Source: Bugula neritina (lineage: Eukaryota > Animalia > Bryozoa). Taken from it: DNA of 64,000 nt. The translations under genes and the position numbers were made by a program. The stretch covers positions 2,728,001 to 2,792,000 of the forward strand of contig OZ037772.1 in assembly GCA_964035545.1 (NCBI GenBank). Reading direction: 5' to 3'. Below the pieces are notes generated by a model. The model made no database searches and was not told the origin of the DNA. It was given only the letters and a program-made list of their open reading frames with translations. This document shows, one piece after another, positions 26,005-40,130 of the stretch. The first letter of the stretch is position 1. Each line of letters starts with the position of its first letter.

Positions 26005-29000
26005 AGGCGGTAAGCTTCCAGGTTATTTATTACATTTGAGCAAAAGTTTGCATGCTTTTCAACTGTTTTATCAGCATTTTATCCAATTTCTTATACGAAA
26101 ATACTACAAAAATGTAAGTAAAAGTGGTCATATTAGGTGTCTTGGACTTGCCCAGACTTGCCCGCGAGCGTGCCCTCCGTGTCCTATTCTGACGTGGGGA
26201 TGGCAAAATAGCCCTATTGTAGCGTGAGTTTATATCGCGTAAAGTTATTAAGAAGCGGGTTTGTCACAGATTCTCGTTATTCGTAGTTCAAATCACATGA
26301 ATGTTACTCTTCGGGCGGCTACTAATAACTAACGTTAGCTACGCAACATCAAGAAAGGTAACTAATTTGACTGTTTTCAAATAGACAATTCCATTTTGCT
26401 AGTTTGTAACTATCTGTAAATCACAAAATAATTATTTTCCCTATTTTAATTTCAATTATCATGTCGACCACACTACCAGAAAATTACTCTTAAATATGCA
26501 GTAAATGATGATTTTCAACCGTTTTGTGATGAATTATAGGTTAGTAGTTGTCTACGTAAAACCAAGTTTTAAAATTTGTAACTGAATCAGTGAAACTGAA
26601 TCACAGTATGAGTATCAGTATGAGTATCACTAGTCTATGTCTATGACTCTCACTCTAACTCTAAGTCTATGACTATCGCCTATTGGTGAACTATTATTAA
26701 TAATATTCAATGGTTATATTTATTAACACTATTATTAGTCATAATGATAATCATATGGCAGTATCAGTTTCGAAACTAATACTTATAATATTAGTTATAA
26801 CTATAAGTATAGGTTATACCGATAGCTATATTTATATTAATATAAATATTTATATTCATAGTAATACTAATAACAAATGTAATATTATTATGTTAATCGT
26901 TATACTTGTAAGTTATAATATAAAGCAAACGACACAAGTATTAATTTGAACTGCTGGTCTTAAAATAAAAAGTAAAATAAATAATAATATAAATAATAAA
27001 ATATAAATTATAATAATTTAATTATACTAATACTAATAGCAATACTTATACAGTAATATAATTAGAATAAATTTATAAAACTTAAACAACTTTAAATTTA
27101 AGGAACAACTTTAAATACAAACAAAGATAATATTAAATAATTATAATCATAATGATCATAACAATAAATATAATTATGATTCCAATAATTATCAATATAT
27201 TATGTAATATTTAAATTATTTTAATCTATAATTATAATCATAATTTTTATAGTTATAGTGAATAAATTCAATTTGACATAATAACTATAATATTATAAAG
27301 CAGTCAGCCTATCTCTAATGCTGATTGATATTCAGATTGTTATGACTGTATCATTATTCACTAACTCTAAGAGTAAGTGGCTACAATTATTAGTATCAAT
27401 GTTGTGTTAGAGTACTATACCTATTGGAATTTTGATATATCCATTATATTTACAACTCTGCCTGTTACAGCTATTAATAAATTGAACCAAAATACCAACA
27501 GTGCCTAATAATCGCCTTATTTATAAAATAATCACAATCATAATGCTCAAGTTAATAGATTGGAAATTATTGAAAATTATGTTGTTGCCAATATAAATAT
27601 GACATTGTATGCATCCAAGTAGTGATGTTGTAATATATCTTGGAAGATAATTACATTATAATAAGAGTTAAATTCCTCTAAGTAACTTTTTTTGCAATTA
27701 TTCCTTAGAATAACTATAACTTATACTCCTAACATTTAATAGCGCATTAGTTTTAGATTGAGCTACTAATTGTATTTATTGCATGTGAAAGTTAGTTATT
27801 CTCCGCCAGCTGCATGAATGTGACTGGTAAATTTTGTAACCTTTGGCAGTAATAACTTTGTAGCATAAATTAGACAAATTTTTATGAAAATACATAATTT
27901 TAATGCTATAGCTGCTAGTAATTTTAATGGGTGTAATAATATTACTTTCACCAGCATTAATTTTTACTTTGTTCATGCTTCATAAAGCATTTTCTAAATT
28001 CTTTTTTGAATAAATATATGTATATAATGTGCTGAATAGATTACATATGTTGGGGTTCTTCCTATACTGCAGCTCAGCCTACACTCCCCGCCACAAATGT
28101 TCCTAAACTACTAGCTTCATCAGGATACAGATTGATGGAGCTGTATTGATAAAAACTTCTCTTTTAGCAGTAGAGGCATCATAAAAAAAAGGCAAGTATT
28201 TTACTCAATAAGAATGCGGTTTTTTACTTCTACAAATTTGATAGCCTACACGATTCTATTTAAATGGAAACTGGTCTGACATAATGTGTCTGCAATTTAT
28301 TAGTTATAATATAGTAAATACTATGCGGGTCTATAGATCAAATGGCTCAAAAAAAATTAAATAAAACATTACACAATGCTGTATTTATTAGCAATGTAAT
28401 ACTTAGCAAGTAATTTCACATTATTATTGTTTGCAAAGTTTCATATATCTACATATGTTTGTTCAATTCAGTGTTCTGAAGTAGAAGGTTCCAACAGCAG
28501 GGAAAAGCCTTGAACAAGATATTATGTTCTACATCTCCAACTCATTTTAACTTTGCTGGTCAGTTCATTGTGTATCTGGAGCATAGTTTTGTATTTTCAA
28601 GTAGTCCATCAGATACCTTTGTAGATAGTAAAGATTAAAATGCTTGTGCAATGATGTCCATAATGTTGAACCGATTTATTGAAACTAAAACTGTTCTTAA
28701 TTATAACAAAACTTGACAATCTTTACGTAAAGAATAATGTCCTATAATCTATCTTCATTGTAAACAAAATTAGAAAGTTCCACACCAGCAAATTGTTTAT
28801 CATCATCTGTAGGTGGAAGACGCGTGCACTCAGTTTTAAAGGCAAGCTGGCAGTGGTTTTCTTTGCCTTCTATGAAGATTTGGAAAGAGCCAGAAAATTA
28901 ATACTCTATAACTGCAAAACCATGTTGTAGTGTCTTGTGTTATTGATTGAATCGTCTAAAAGAAAAATTGTTGTATCATTATAATTTTACTGTTGATGAA

Positions 29001-31250
29001 TTAGCAAATCTACTTATCTTGGTAAATATATTCAAGAACAAATACTATAGTGTAACTCAGTTTTGGTTATGTGCATGCTCCTTAAGTGAATTTACAGCAG
29101 ATATCAAACTATATATTAGAGACTGATATAGGAATTAAATTTAAGCTAACCATGATGATGTAAATAGCTGTTGTATGTGACTTCGAGAACTCTGCTGGCC
29201 ATGTCAGTTCAAATACACCAGGGTGATCTGTTACGAATTTCATGTCATTATTGAAATTCAGCTTTTTCAAGTGCCTCTTCACAACTCTGGCAGCATTCTG
29301 ACTGCTACTTAGCTTTCTGCGCCTGAAATTTCTTCTACTTGCACCATTCTTCTATTGGTGGAATGTTAGCCTATAACAAACAGGTGTACCAAAGCTAAAA
29401 AAATATCTAATTCACTGCACTAGGATATTATTCAACTCATTTAAATTTAATATATAGCAGTAAAACAATCACATAATTGTTTTTATTTTATCAGCTTTAC
29501 TTTACAAAGCTGAACCATATAATTTAGTAACTTGTCACCATAATAAACTTTGTACAACATACAAATTGAAAACCTGATGTGATTGCTTTTTTAATAGAAT
29601 ATACATTACAAACATGTTACTTTGATAAGCGTGTTTATAATAAAAGTATTAAACCAGTTAAAAAAAATTATTTTGTTATATAAGGGATCACAAAACTACA
29701 TCATTTTAGACCTGTAGCTCAATGTTCCTCAAGCAACGGGCTGCTATGACTAATTAATTTTCTATCATTGCATTTGATTGTTCTACTCATAGTGTATTGG
29801 CGAGTTAAAATTATTGGTAATTTAATGTATATTTTAGCTACCTCTGTACAATCAATGTCATAGTAATATCAATTAGGTTTTAAATTTCACTGAGTTTATA
29901 GTAAATTACTGCAACCGTTACATAACATTTGGCTAGTTCTCTAGTTCATTAAATAACCATACGAACTTAAATTTACAACATGAAAAAAACACACAAAGCA
30001 AAATCAAAATAAGCATATTATGAACCAATGTAATTGATAAGCGATAATGCTGTTATATAACATAAATTATCAAATTGAAATAGTTATTATTACTATTAGT
30101 ATTACTATCATTATAACAACTATAATTATTATTAGTATTACTATTACTATTAGTATTAGCATTAGTAGTAAAAAATGAGTCGAGTTCAACATAATATACA
30201 ATCTAGCTTACTATAAAAGTAGAAGTAGAACTTTTAAAACTATCATCTGCATCATTATCAGAACTATGAGTAATACTAGTAGTTGTACTAATAGTAATAC
30301 TAATTATTAATAGTAATAGTATCACTATGAGTATGAGACTTGGGCTGGCAGTGATTATCACGATCAGTATCAACATCGTCATAGTCAAAAGTTACAAGAA
30401 TAGAAGCCATATTCATATTGATATTCTCATTGAGTTATGCATAGTCATATTCATAGTAATACTAATAGTCAATCACTGATTGAGTTTATGTCATAGTGAT
30501 ACTCATACTCATAATTAATTTATACGATACTCATACTCATAGTGATACTTCACCGTGAATTTAATAATAATTTTAATTTAATATTATCATTGTTGCTAAT
30601 ATTATGTCTTACTCTTAGTCTAACAGCAGCTCTATGAAGAAGTTAAACATAACTGATAACAAAACAAATTAAAAAAATAATACTGCAACAATCAATATAA
30701 TGTATATCAATATGCTAGCAACCTAATTTTCAGCTCACTTCATTAACTTTCCGTGCAGTATTGTGAATTGTGATAAAATAAATTTATTAATGGTGACCTT
30801 GACATCTTCGTCCAAATGCCTTTCACGTCAAGCCCCGAACCAATTTGTAAAAATTTTGGATTTTTTACTTTTGATTATTTTTTACGAAAAGAGCTTCAAA
30901 ATAAATTTAAAAAAAAGTGAGCTGTTGTCCACATGAAAAGAAATATATGAGCTAATTTTCTAAATTCAGGAAGTTACCAGAGGGTCACAATATTTTTTTA
31001 AAAAAATCTTTATTTTCACGACAAGCTCTATATATTAATATAGAAAAATAGAAGACAACTCTTTTTTCAGATTTTTCATGTGCCACGGTCACGTCAATAT
31101 CAGTGCTATTAACACATATATTTTAATTCATTTTTTCTGGTATATTGAGTTGAGATTTTTTGTATATATTTTGTGAATGCAACTAAAAAAGTATGATCTT
31201 TTAATTAACAGTAATTGATTTTATCAAAATAACCTGGATGCCTACGATGT
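26005..31250 (-). mobile_element. Decayed Kolobok-like DNA transposon
   Basis: TTAA at 26001-26004 and 31251-31254. Imperfect 24-bp TIR (18/24): AGGCGGTAAGCTTCCAGGTTATTT vs reverse complement ACATCGTAGGCATCCAGGTTATTT. Internal KolX-like remnant. Confidence 0.75.
28775..29365 (-). pseudogene. KolX / P2X7 cytoplasmic-ballast-like Cys-rich protein remnant (two exons)
   Basis: EEWCK*..SECCQS..FVTDHPGVF..RVLEVTYNSY, then SYRVLIFWLFPNLHRRQRKPLPACL..PPTDDDKQFAG, with stops and frameshifts. Confidence 0.75.
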
Positions 31251-34200
31251 TTAAATGAAAACATTTAATGGCCTACACCAAGCTTGAAAATAATTAGATA
31301 TAAGCCCACCCCTTGTGCTAGTCACATATTCATGTTCATAGCTTAAGTGAGCTGAAGCACACATCACAGTGGCTGATCATCACCACACACATTCTCACAC
31401 TGTTCTCATAAACTGCAGAGTCGTAAATATGTTCTCCTTCACATTGGTACTTGAACTCGTACTGAAAGTGTTGCTCATAACTGTTCATATTGACACTGAC
31501 ATTATGAAGTTAGTAGTGATATTTCATTTTCAATAGTAGGGCTTTTAGATGGTATTGATTCATCCACAATGAGAAATACTTGCAAATGTTGATAAATTAT
31601 TTTATGATTGAATTGGTGAGTTATAATGTGTATCATTCAAATGTGAACACTGAACATGATCTGGTCACCTTGATTACTTCATATTGATTCATCGCAATTG
31701 TCAGTATAATTGTGCCATAGAGAATTCTATTAAGTTTGAAAATTGACATACAGTTTCACATTGCTCATTCAGTGATCCATGCTTACTGTTACGTTGGCCT
31801 TCAGGCTTAAAGCAACAAAATCTAACAGTAACACTATCTATAAGTATATTTATATTATTATCAAGTATTAGCATTATGACATAAAATTTAACTTAAAGCC
31901 TGTCAGTTATAGTGTCTATGAAATTAAATTCCAAAAATAAAAAAAAAACAAAAATAACAACTTTTATTCACGCTTCAACTTTCAAAACGAAGACTAAGTT
32001 CAGCCCAACGAGGTAAGAAATGATCATTTAATCAGTTAATCACAATGCCTAGTATGTTATCACATTCACCCAAGCTTTCACTGTAAACCACAATGATTAT
32101 AAGTATGATTTAATGAGTATGGCAATATGGCAATCCCAACGACAATAAGTATAACAGTCTGAGTCTTAGTTCTTACTATTAGTATTACTAATACTATTAC
32201 TATTAGTATTAGTATTACTTACAACTTCAACTTGCTTATGCAAGAGAATTAAATCTTTAAAGCGTAGCATCCTTTTCAAGCAAAATAAGGATAATAAGTT
32301 TCGTCAAATTGAGTTAAAAACTACAACTTTACAACTTATAAGTCACAAGCAGTGAACTGAAACTATAATTATAGTTCAATGGTCACAAGTATAAAGCAAC
32401 TTATGCTCAGTCATCACTAATCCTAGTGGGTACGGCAAGCATAATTAAAGCATAATTAAAGCATAATTAATTTTACAATGCGACAAGATTATCTAGACGG
32501 TGCGCTTACGCCTCTCATTGTACTTAAGCAATATCCAATTGTATGGTTTTTATGACTTTAAAATCCGTTTTTGAGAAGCAAGGCTAGATAGAAATTAATG
32601 ATCGATATTGACTCGCTAAGAGTACTCATGTAAACCCGCAAACTACAACTTTTAACTTGACCGCAAAGCTGGAAGTACGATAAGCGTCGCCGTATTGATT
32701 TCAGGCGAATTTTAGTTTATTTCTTTTAAACTGCTGAGAAGTAATATTTCATTATTTGCTTCCATATTTTTATGTCTGTATCAGCCATCAGGGCTATCGC
32801 GATACAATTATAAATGTTCTTAATTCAATCAATATTATGAAATAATTAATGTAGGAAATTCAATTTTGACTATATAGAATAATCTCAATCTGAATAAGTA
32901 TTATTTATTTATTTAACACTTGCACTTCGTCTTACTCTTACTCTTATTCTTTATCTTAGTCTTAGTCAGATAACATACTGATACTGATACTCAATCTCAT
33001 ACTCAATCTCATACTGAGTCTGATACCCATAGTCATAGTGATAGTCTTTGCCAGATTATTGCTAGATAACTTAAGCTAGTACTAGTACTACTACTAGTAG
33101 TACTACTACTACTACTAGTACTAATAATCACAGTACTAATACTAATACTAATAGTAATAGTTATAGTATTGGAGTAATACTAATACTAATAGTAATACTA
33201 CCACTAGTAGTAGTAGCAGTAGTGCTAGTAGTAGTAGGGTACATGATGATGATCATTATGATTATGATTATGAAGATGGTTACTACTATAACTATTACGG
33301 TATGAGTATAACTATAAGTATTAGTATTTGATTTTATTTTGCATTGCTAATTGAAGACCATGCGTTAAAATTAACTGTTTCTCTCTTTTCTAAGTTACAT
33401 TTAAAGTTGCACACTAATAGACATATATGCTTTCAATTTTTTGGGTCTATCTTTAAGTTGCGAAACTTGACCAGTATGACTATGACTAACTGTAACTAGA
33501 ATAAAATATTAGATGATAGAGAAGTTTAATACAGTTACACCTCCTTTGACTTGTGCTACCGTCGGTAGTGTTAAAAGAGTGGAGCCAAAGAAGAGCATAA
33601 TCACAGAATTCACAGCCTGCTGGTTTGAGCTTTTTGTGGTCTAGAGATTGTACTGGGTTACAGGGATCTTTTTCCCGTCTGTGAATTTTTGATCCCTGCG
33701 GTTGTTTCTGACTGTGGGTAGTTGGAGGTGTTGAGGGAGTGGGCTCACTTGGTAGGCTATATCATTGTAATCATATTAACCAACTTAACAGTTTACTAAT
33801 TCATTGTCTAACTCTGTCTGTCTCTGACTAGTAACACTATTTATTTATTTATTTACTTCCTACTCCTTAAAGTTAATATTTACTAAAATTATCTGATAAA
33901 AAATTAAAACCTGAACCTGTCTTTGAATATTTTCCAAAAAAAAATAATATGACGAAACCTAAAAGGTCAGACTCAACCTCAAGTACTAACTCATCAAAAG
34001 CTAAATGCACCCAGAGGCAGAGTGCTATACTTAATTCTACCCCAGGACCTACCGTGCCTCAGGCAGTGTGTGAAAAGTGTACTAAAAATAGATAATGAAG
34101 ATGAAGGTACCCTGTCAATTGAGTGTGAAACTTGTCTCATTTGGTTTCATTTAGACTCTGCTGATCTTATAAAGCAAGATCTAAACACCATTACGAAGAA

Positions 34201-34549
34201 GGGCACTCATTGGTTTTGTGACCAATGTAAAGCTGTGGCATTCCCAAATTTCATAACCAGACTTCAAGCTGTTGAATCCCACATTGAAAAAAGTTATGTT
34301 CAAATAATGGATTCATTTAATAATCTCATGACTGCTGTGGAATCTCAACTAACTAGCTTATTTGAGAATCATGTTTCCAGAAGTGAGAAAACATTTGCTT
34401 CGGTAGTTGCAAAACTGGAAGACTCCACTACAACAATAAATAGGCAACTAAAGACCCAAGAAGTTCAAATTAAATCTACCAAAACAGAGATTTCTAGTGA
34501 AAGCAGAGCTAAAAATATCATAGTTTTTAGAATTTCCGAGGAACACGAC

Positions 34550-34882
34550 TATAGTGAACTAGGCTTTGAGTTGAGCATTAACTCTTCACGGATGTTCTTT
34601 ATTATGTTTTATTATACTTCTATTGACATCCTATTGACATCGTCAAGACTACCATTATTGCAATTCAAACTTACATGATCAGGATAAACATAAATAAACA
34701 ATAAACAAAAAAGGAAACAATATAATAAATGTAAATAACTTACTTATTTTGCTCTCTTAAAATTACACCAGTTTACTAGCACCAACTATTGCCAAGTGCC
34801 AGAGTTAGCACTGGCTGTGCTGTAGAAAGCTTTTCTTAGTGTAGCTAAAATAGCTTAGCAAACTAGCGCTAATTTCACTACA
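34550..34882 (-). mobile_element. Solo LTR inserted in LINE ORF1
   Basis: Termini TATAGTGAA...TTCACTACA (TG..CA-like inverted ends). Exact 5-bp TSD ACGAC at 34545-34549 and 34883-34887. Confidence 0.75.
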
Positions 34883-37461
34883 ACGACACTACTTTAGATG
34901 AATCCATAGGTAAACTCTCAGAAGTTTTAGATTCATGTAGTCTCAGATTTCACACATCAAGAGACAATGCCGCAAGATTAAGACAAAAAAAGTTGACAAG
35001 ATTAGACCCACATGACTAACATTAGCTTCAGAAGTTCAAAAATGGGAATTTCTAAAACGAATCAACGATCAGAAAATAGAAGGAGTCTTTGCGCGTCTTG
35101 ACTGGAATGAAGGGGACCAAGAAAAATATTTTCAACTGAGAAGCGAGCTTAGGGAATTGAGGCAGAAAAATCCAGAAAACAAGTACAAGATAACAAACGA
35201 GAAGATAATAATCGAAGAATATTATCTGTAAATGCAAGATCAGTAAGGGGGAAAATATCGGAGACTCAAACCCTATCCGTTGAATACAATATCATTTGCA
35301 TTACTGAAACACACCTAGATAATGCATTTTTGAATTCTCAACTGTTTTCTTCCAAAGATAAAGTAGTATATAGAGAAGACCCTGACTCGCACGGAGGTGG
35401 TGTATTGATTGCCATAAATGTAGGAATTCCCCATAAGCTAATCAGGTGTGAAACAGAAGCAGAAGTAATCACATAATGTTTTAGATTGGATAGCAAGGAA
35501 TATTGCAATCTTACTTACTATTATAGACCCCCTTCTTCACGTGTTATGAACTTGTTCTTTAAGTACATGGAAAATATTCACACTAAATACTCATAACTGG
35601 TGAATTTAACCTTCCAGGAATCAATTGAGGAAAATACTGGTCTTTCAACTTGTTGGAGGATATACTATACTGACTTTTGTAATTTTCTAACTGATAATCA
35701 TTTTGAACAACTTGTTCATAAATATACGCACGTAGCAGGCAATATATTAGATCTCATCTGTACTGACTTGTCATATAAAGTTTAAAGCACAAATATAATA
35801 ACACCGGGTATTAGCGACCATTTCATGATAGAAACGGTCTTGACCGGTAAAGTTGAACAGAAGAAGAAACCACCTATCCCCCCAATCAAGCTATTTCACA
35901 AAATCGAGTTTCGAACTCGGCGGGTTTACAACTTGTCTAGACGAGTTGCTTTATACTATTAAAAACAAAGTGATGCTGAAATATGATATTAATGTTATAT
36001 GGAATACATTTCAGACTGAATTACATATACTTGTTGATTCATATGTACCAACTAAACAACGTAAGCCTAGAAATCTACATGAGCCTCTCTGGTTTACGGG
36101 CATGTTAGAAACAGCGAAAGTTCTACAACCGCTTTCAAAAGTCTGGTGATACTGATCATTTGGCTAAATATAAAGAATTACGTCGCCACAATGAAAAATT
36201 ATTTAGGAAGCTAAAAGCATCTTTTCTGGTGGATTGTCTATACCAACCTCTTTCCAGTGGCTACACAAAACCGTTTTACTAACATGGTAAAGACCTAAAA
36301 GAGAATGATCATGAGATTACTTCCATAGAAAATAACGATAGTATTTTGATGCACGATAAAACTAAGATATCTAACACTCTGAATGGTTTTTTCTACAGTG
36401 TATTTACCACTCCATCACCTTTACCAGAATTACCATCAGTCACTGAGAAAGATAATATAGTGGTAACTAAAGAAGGAGCTGTAAACCTGCTGAGACAACT
36501 TGTGCAAGGTAAAGCTCCTGGAGTAGATGGATTCACAAAGAACTATCTCACAGTAGACTTAGATCGAACAGCAGAAATACTGGTGTGTATTTTCAATCAT
36601 TCACTCAGTACAGGAATAGTGCCGGATGACTGGAAGACTGCAAATGTAACACCTGAGTTTAAACAGGGTAACCGCATTCTAGCTTCCAATTATCGACCAG
36701 TATCACTAACGTGCATTTGTTGTAAAATTCTTGAACATGTGGTTCTGGATCATTTAAACATACAATTGGAAAATTTCATACATGAAAGCCAACATGGTTT
36801 TCGCCGCAACTTTTTATGTGTAACTCAGCTTGCTACTGTCAACCATGATATATTAAGGCATATAGATAAAGGACATTTTGTAGATGCAGTTGTGCTGGAT
36901 TTTTCTAAAGCCTTTGATGTAATTGACCATCATATTCTTGTAAGCAAAATGATATTGTTAAAAAAATAAACCCCTGTATTATCTGATAAATTTCATCATT
37001 TTTAACTGGACGCTCACAACGAGTGGTCATTGATGGGGTATCTTCGGATTTACACCAGTGACTTCCGGGGTTCCACAAGGAAGTGTGCTGGGTCCAACAT
37101 TATTCGTTTTGTTTATTAATGACATTGTAAACTGCGTTACACACAGTACAATCAGACTTTTTGCTCATGACACTTTTGTCTATCTGCCCATTACTGATGC
37201 AAATGACCATCATAAACTACAGGGAGATCTCTAGACTTTATAGGTGGGCAAAAGAAAACAATATGAAGTTAAACTCAAAGAAAAGTAATGTCATTACCTT
37301 TGGTAAGAAAACAGAAAATATGGAAAATGTCTTCACTTATAAATTAGGAAAAGATCCCCTGAATAGAGTTGGAGTTGTAAAATACCTTGGGATATTGCTA
37401 TCAGCAGACTTGAAATGGAATAAGCATGTCAAAAACGCCATATCAAAGGCATACGGAGTAT

Positions 37462-37767
37462 TGTGGTGGCTCGTAGAGCTACCAGCAACACAATACGCAA
37501 GGTTGCGTATTGACCCGGAACGATGTACTAGCCAATTAGCTAAGCTGCTTAGGAATAATAGTAGCAGCTTCGCGCTACTAGCTCAGTTAAGGATAGTGCT
37601 GTAAATTAAATAGACGTGCGTATTATTAACTGTTGTATATTAGATTTTATTATGTATTCTTGTATTCAAATATAACGATATCTACTCGACTTATCACGGT
37701 GAAGTTTCTCTAGTAATAAATAGACTCTCTTGGTTGCACATCGACCCTAAATCTGAAAATCATAACA
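37462..37767 (+). mobile_element. Solo LTR (Gypsy-like) inserted in LINE ORF2
   Basis: TGTGGTG...CATAACA with internal AATAAA and exact 4-bp TSD GTAT. Removing it restores KAYGVLGLIKLTLGNA. Confidence 0.85.
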
Positions 37768-39054
37768 GTATTAGGATTAATCAAACTCACACTAGGAAAT
37801 GCCCTAGAAAATGTTATGAGTCTTGCATAAAAAAACTTTTTGTAGACCTCTCCTGGAATATGCTGCGGAAGTATGGGACCCGACCAATTAACATCTAATA
37901 ACAAAATTAGAAGTTACTCAAAATAGGGCTATATGGTTCATTAAAAATTTAAAGGGTAGAGAAGTATCGATAACAGCTGCCAAATTTGACCAAGGCCTGG
38001 AAACATTAAGAAAGCGTAGACAATCACAAAGAATTTCTTTGTTTTGTCGCATTACTGCTAATGATGATTTATTTCCAACCTCGAATAACACACTTAAATC
38101 AATGAAATCCTCAACCCATGACATGAATACCCGTATTAAGACTTTCAATGCTATAGCCTGCGATTGGAGCCTGTACCTGCAGGGTTTCCTGGTGCGCACT
38201 GTCCGGGAGCTCCATACGGGGAAAATAGTAGCGGATTTCTGAGCCTGGAAAGATCCGAGAGCCCCACAATTACTCTCTCCGAGAGGTCTTGGGACTTAAC
38301 CCAATCAAGATCAAGATAACATTAACTAACAGTTTACTGTGATTGTGTAGATATATTGATGTGTTTATCATGATTATCAATATCACTCGTTATTCATTAT
38401 CATTGTGATTATCATTTAAGTTTAAGTGATTTACTTTTAGTTTTAGTTCAACACTTCCAGTGAATGGGACTCAGACTGCAAATCAAATTTAAATTATTCA
38501 TATTGACGTTGAAGTTTAATTTTATTTTGAAACTTAAAAATTAAAATTAATATAGTTTGTTCAAACAATTAAAATTATATTAATTATTGTAATGATCATA
38601 ATCATAGTCATAACGTTAACTCATATTGCAATAGACATTGATAGTAATACTAAACTTTGGTCTTTTGCTTTTCAAACTTGCAGGTAGAAACAATTTTAAA
38701 TGAGTATTAGTATGTTGAATACTGGTGATCATATGGGGAAAATGATGATAGTTCTTACTTGCAATTCATTTGTTTGTTTGATTATCAATTTGTATGTTCA
38801 GTAAATTTTATGTATTTCTAGGTATTGCATACTCTAGCAATAATAACTTTTATTCTGTAAATGGATGTATAATAATGTTAAGGTGACTATAGTTTTATGT
38901 GATTGTCTATAAAATACTCTTGTTAGCATTAGTGTTCTTGATGTATCATTAGTGTTACTAAAAACAATGTTTAGGCTTAAAATCAATACTATTGTCATAA
39001 TTCAAATTTATTTTTTGTATTTGTTTTTCGAAATTTTGTTTGTTCTGAAACCAG

Positions 39055-40130
39055 GACCAACCACTACTACTACTACCACCACCACCACTACTACTGCTAC
39101 TACCACCACCACCACTACTACCACTACTAATACCATCTCCACAACTACCACCACCACTACTACTACCACCACTACTACTACCACAACTACTACTCCTTCA
39201 ACTACTACTACTACTACCACTACTACTACTACCACTACTACTACTACCACTACTTCTACTCCTTCAACTACTACTGCTACAGCTGCTACTACTACCACCA
39301 CCACTACTACCACCACCACTACTACCACCACCACTACAACCACTACTACTACTCCTTCAACAACCACTACTACTACCACTACTGCTACTATCACCACCAC
39401 TACTACTACTACCACTACTACTACTCCTTCAACTACTACTACTACAACTACCACTACTACACTACCACTACTACTACTACCACTACTACTACTCCTTCAA
39501 CTACTACTACTACAAATACCACTACTACACTACTACTACCACTACTACAACCACTATTACTACTACTACTACTACCACTACTACTACTACCACTACTTCT
39601 ACTCTTTCAACTACTACTGCTACAGCTGCTACTACTACCACCACCACTACTACCACCACCACTACTACCACCACCACTACTACCACCACCACTACAACCA
39701 CTACTACTACTCCTTCAACAACCACTACTACTACCACTACTGCTACTATCACCACCACTACTACTACTACCACTACTACTACTCCTTCAACTACTACTAC
39801 TACAACTACCACTACCACTACTACAACCACTACTTCTACCACTACTACTACCACCACCACTACAACCACTACTACTACTCCTTCAACTACCACTACTCCT
39901 TCAACTACTACTACAGCTGCTACTACTACTAATACTACTACTACTCCCACTACTACTACTACTACTACTACAACCACTACTACCACTGCTACAACCACTA
40001 CTACTACTACTATTACTACTGCTACTACAGCTGCTACTACTACTACCACTACTACCACTACCACCGCCTCCACCACCACCCGCTGCCACTCCAACTGCTA
40101 CTCCAACTGCCGAACCAACAACAACTAAAA
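39055..40130 (+). repeat. (ACT/ACC)n Thr-rich mucin-like tract, probably exonic
   Basis: Starts after a candidate acceptor (ccag). Reads as poly-Thr with periodic PS/A interruptions and wobble variation. Frame breaks near 39460-39530. Confidence 0.7.

Larger units (their letters stand above)
33570..38317 (+). mobile_element. Decayed CR1-group LINE (PHD-finger ORF1; APE endonuclease plus RT ORF2)
   Basis: ORF1 has IECETCLIWFH..HWFCDQC. Endonuclease motifs NARS, ICITETHL, GGGVLIAI, YYRPP, ILDLI, SDH at 35230-35825. RT motifs KAPGVDG, WKTANVTP, NYRPVSLT, QHGFR, LDFSKAFD, GVPQGSVLGP, FA(H)D, KYLG. Ends in a (TCAAGA)2 tail. The 5' boundary is approximate. Confidence 0.92.
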
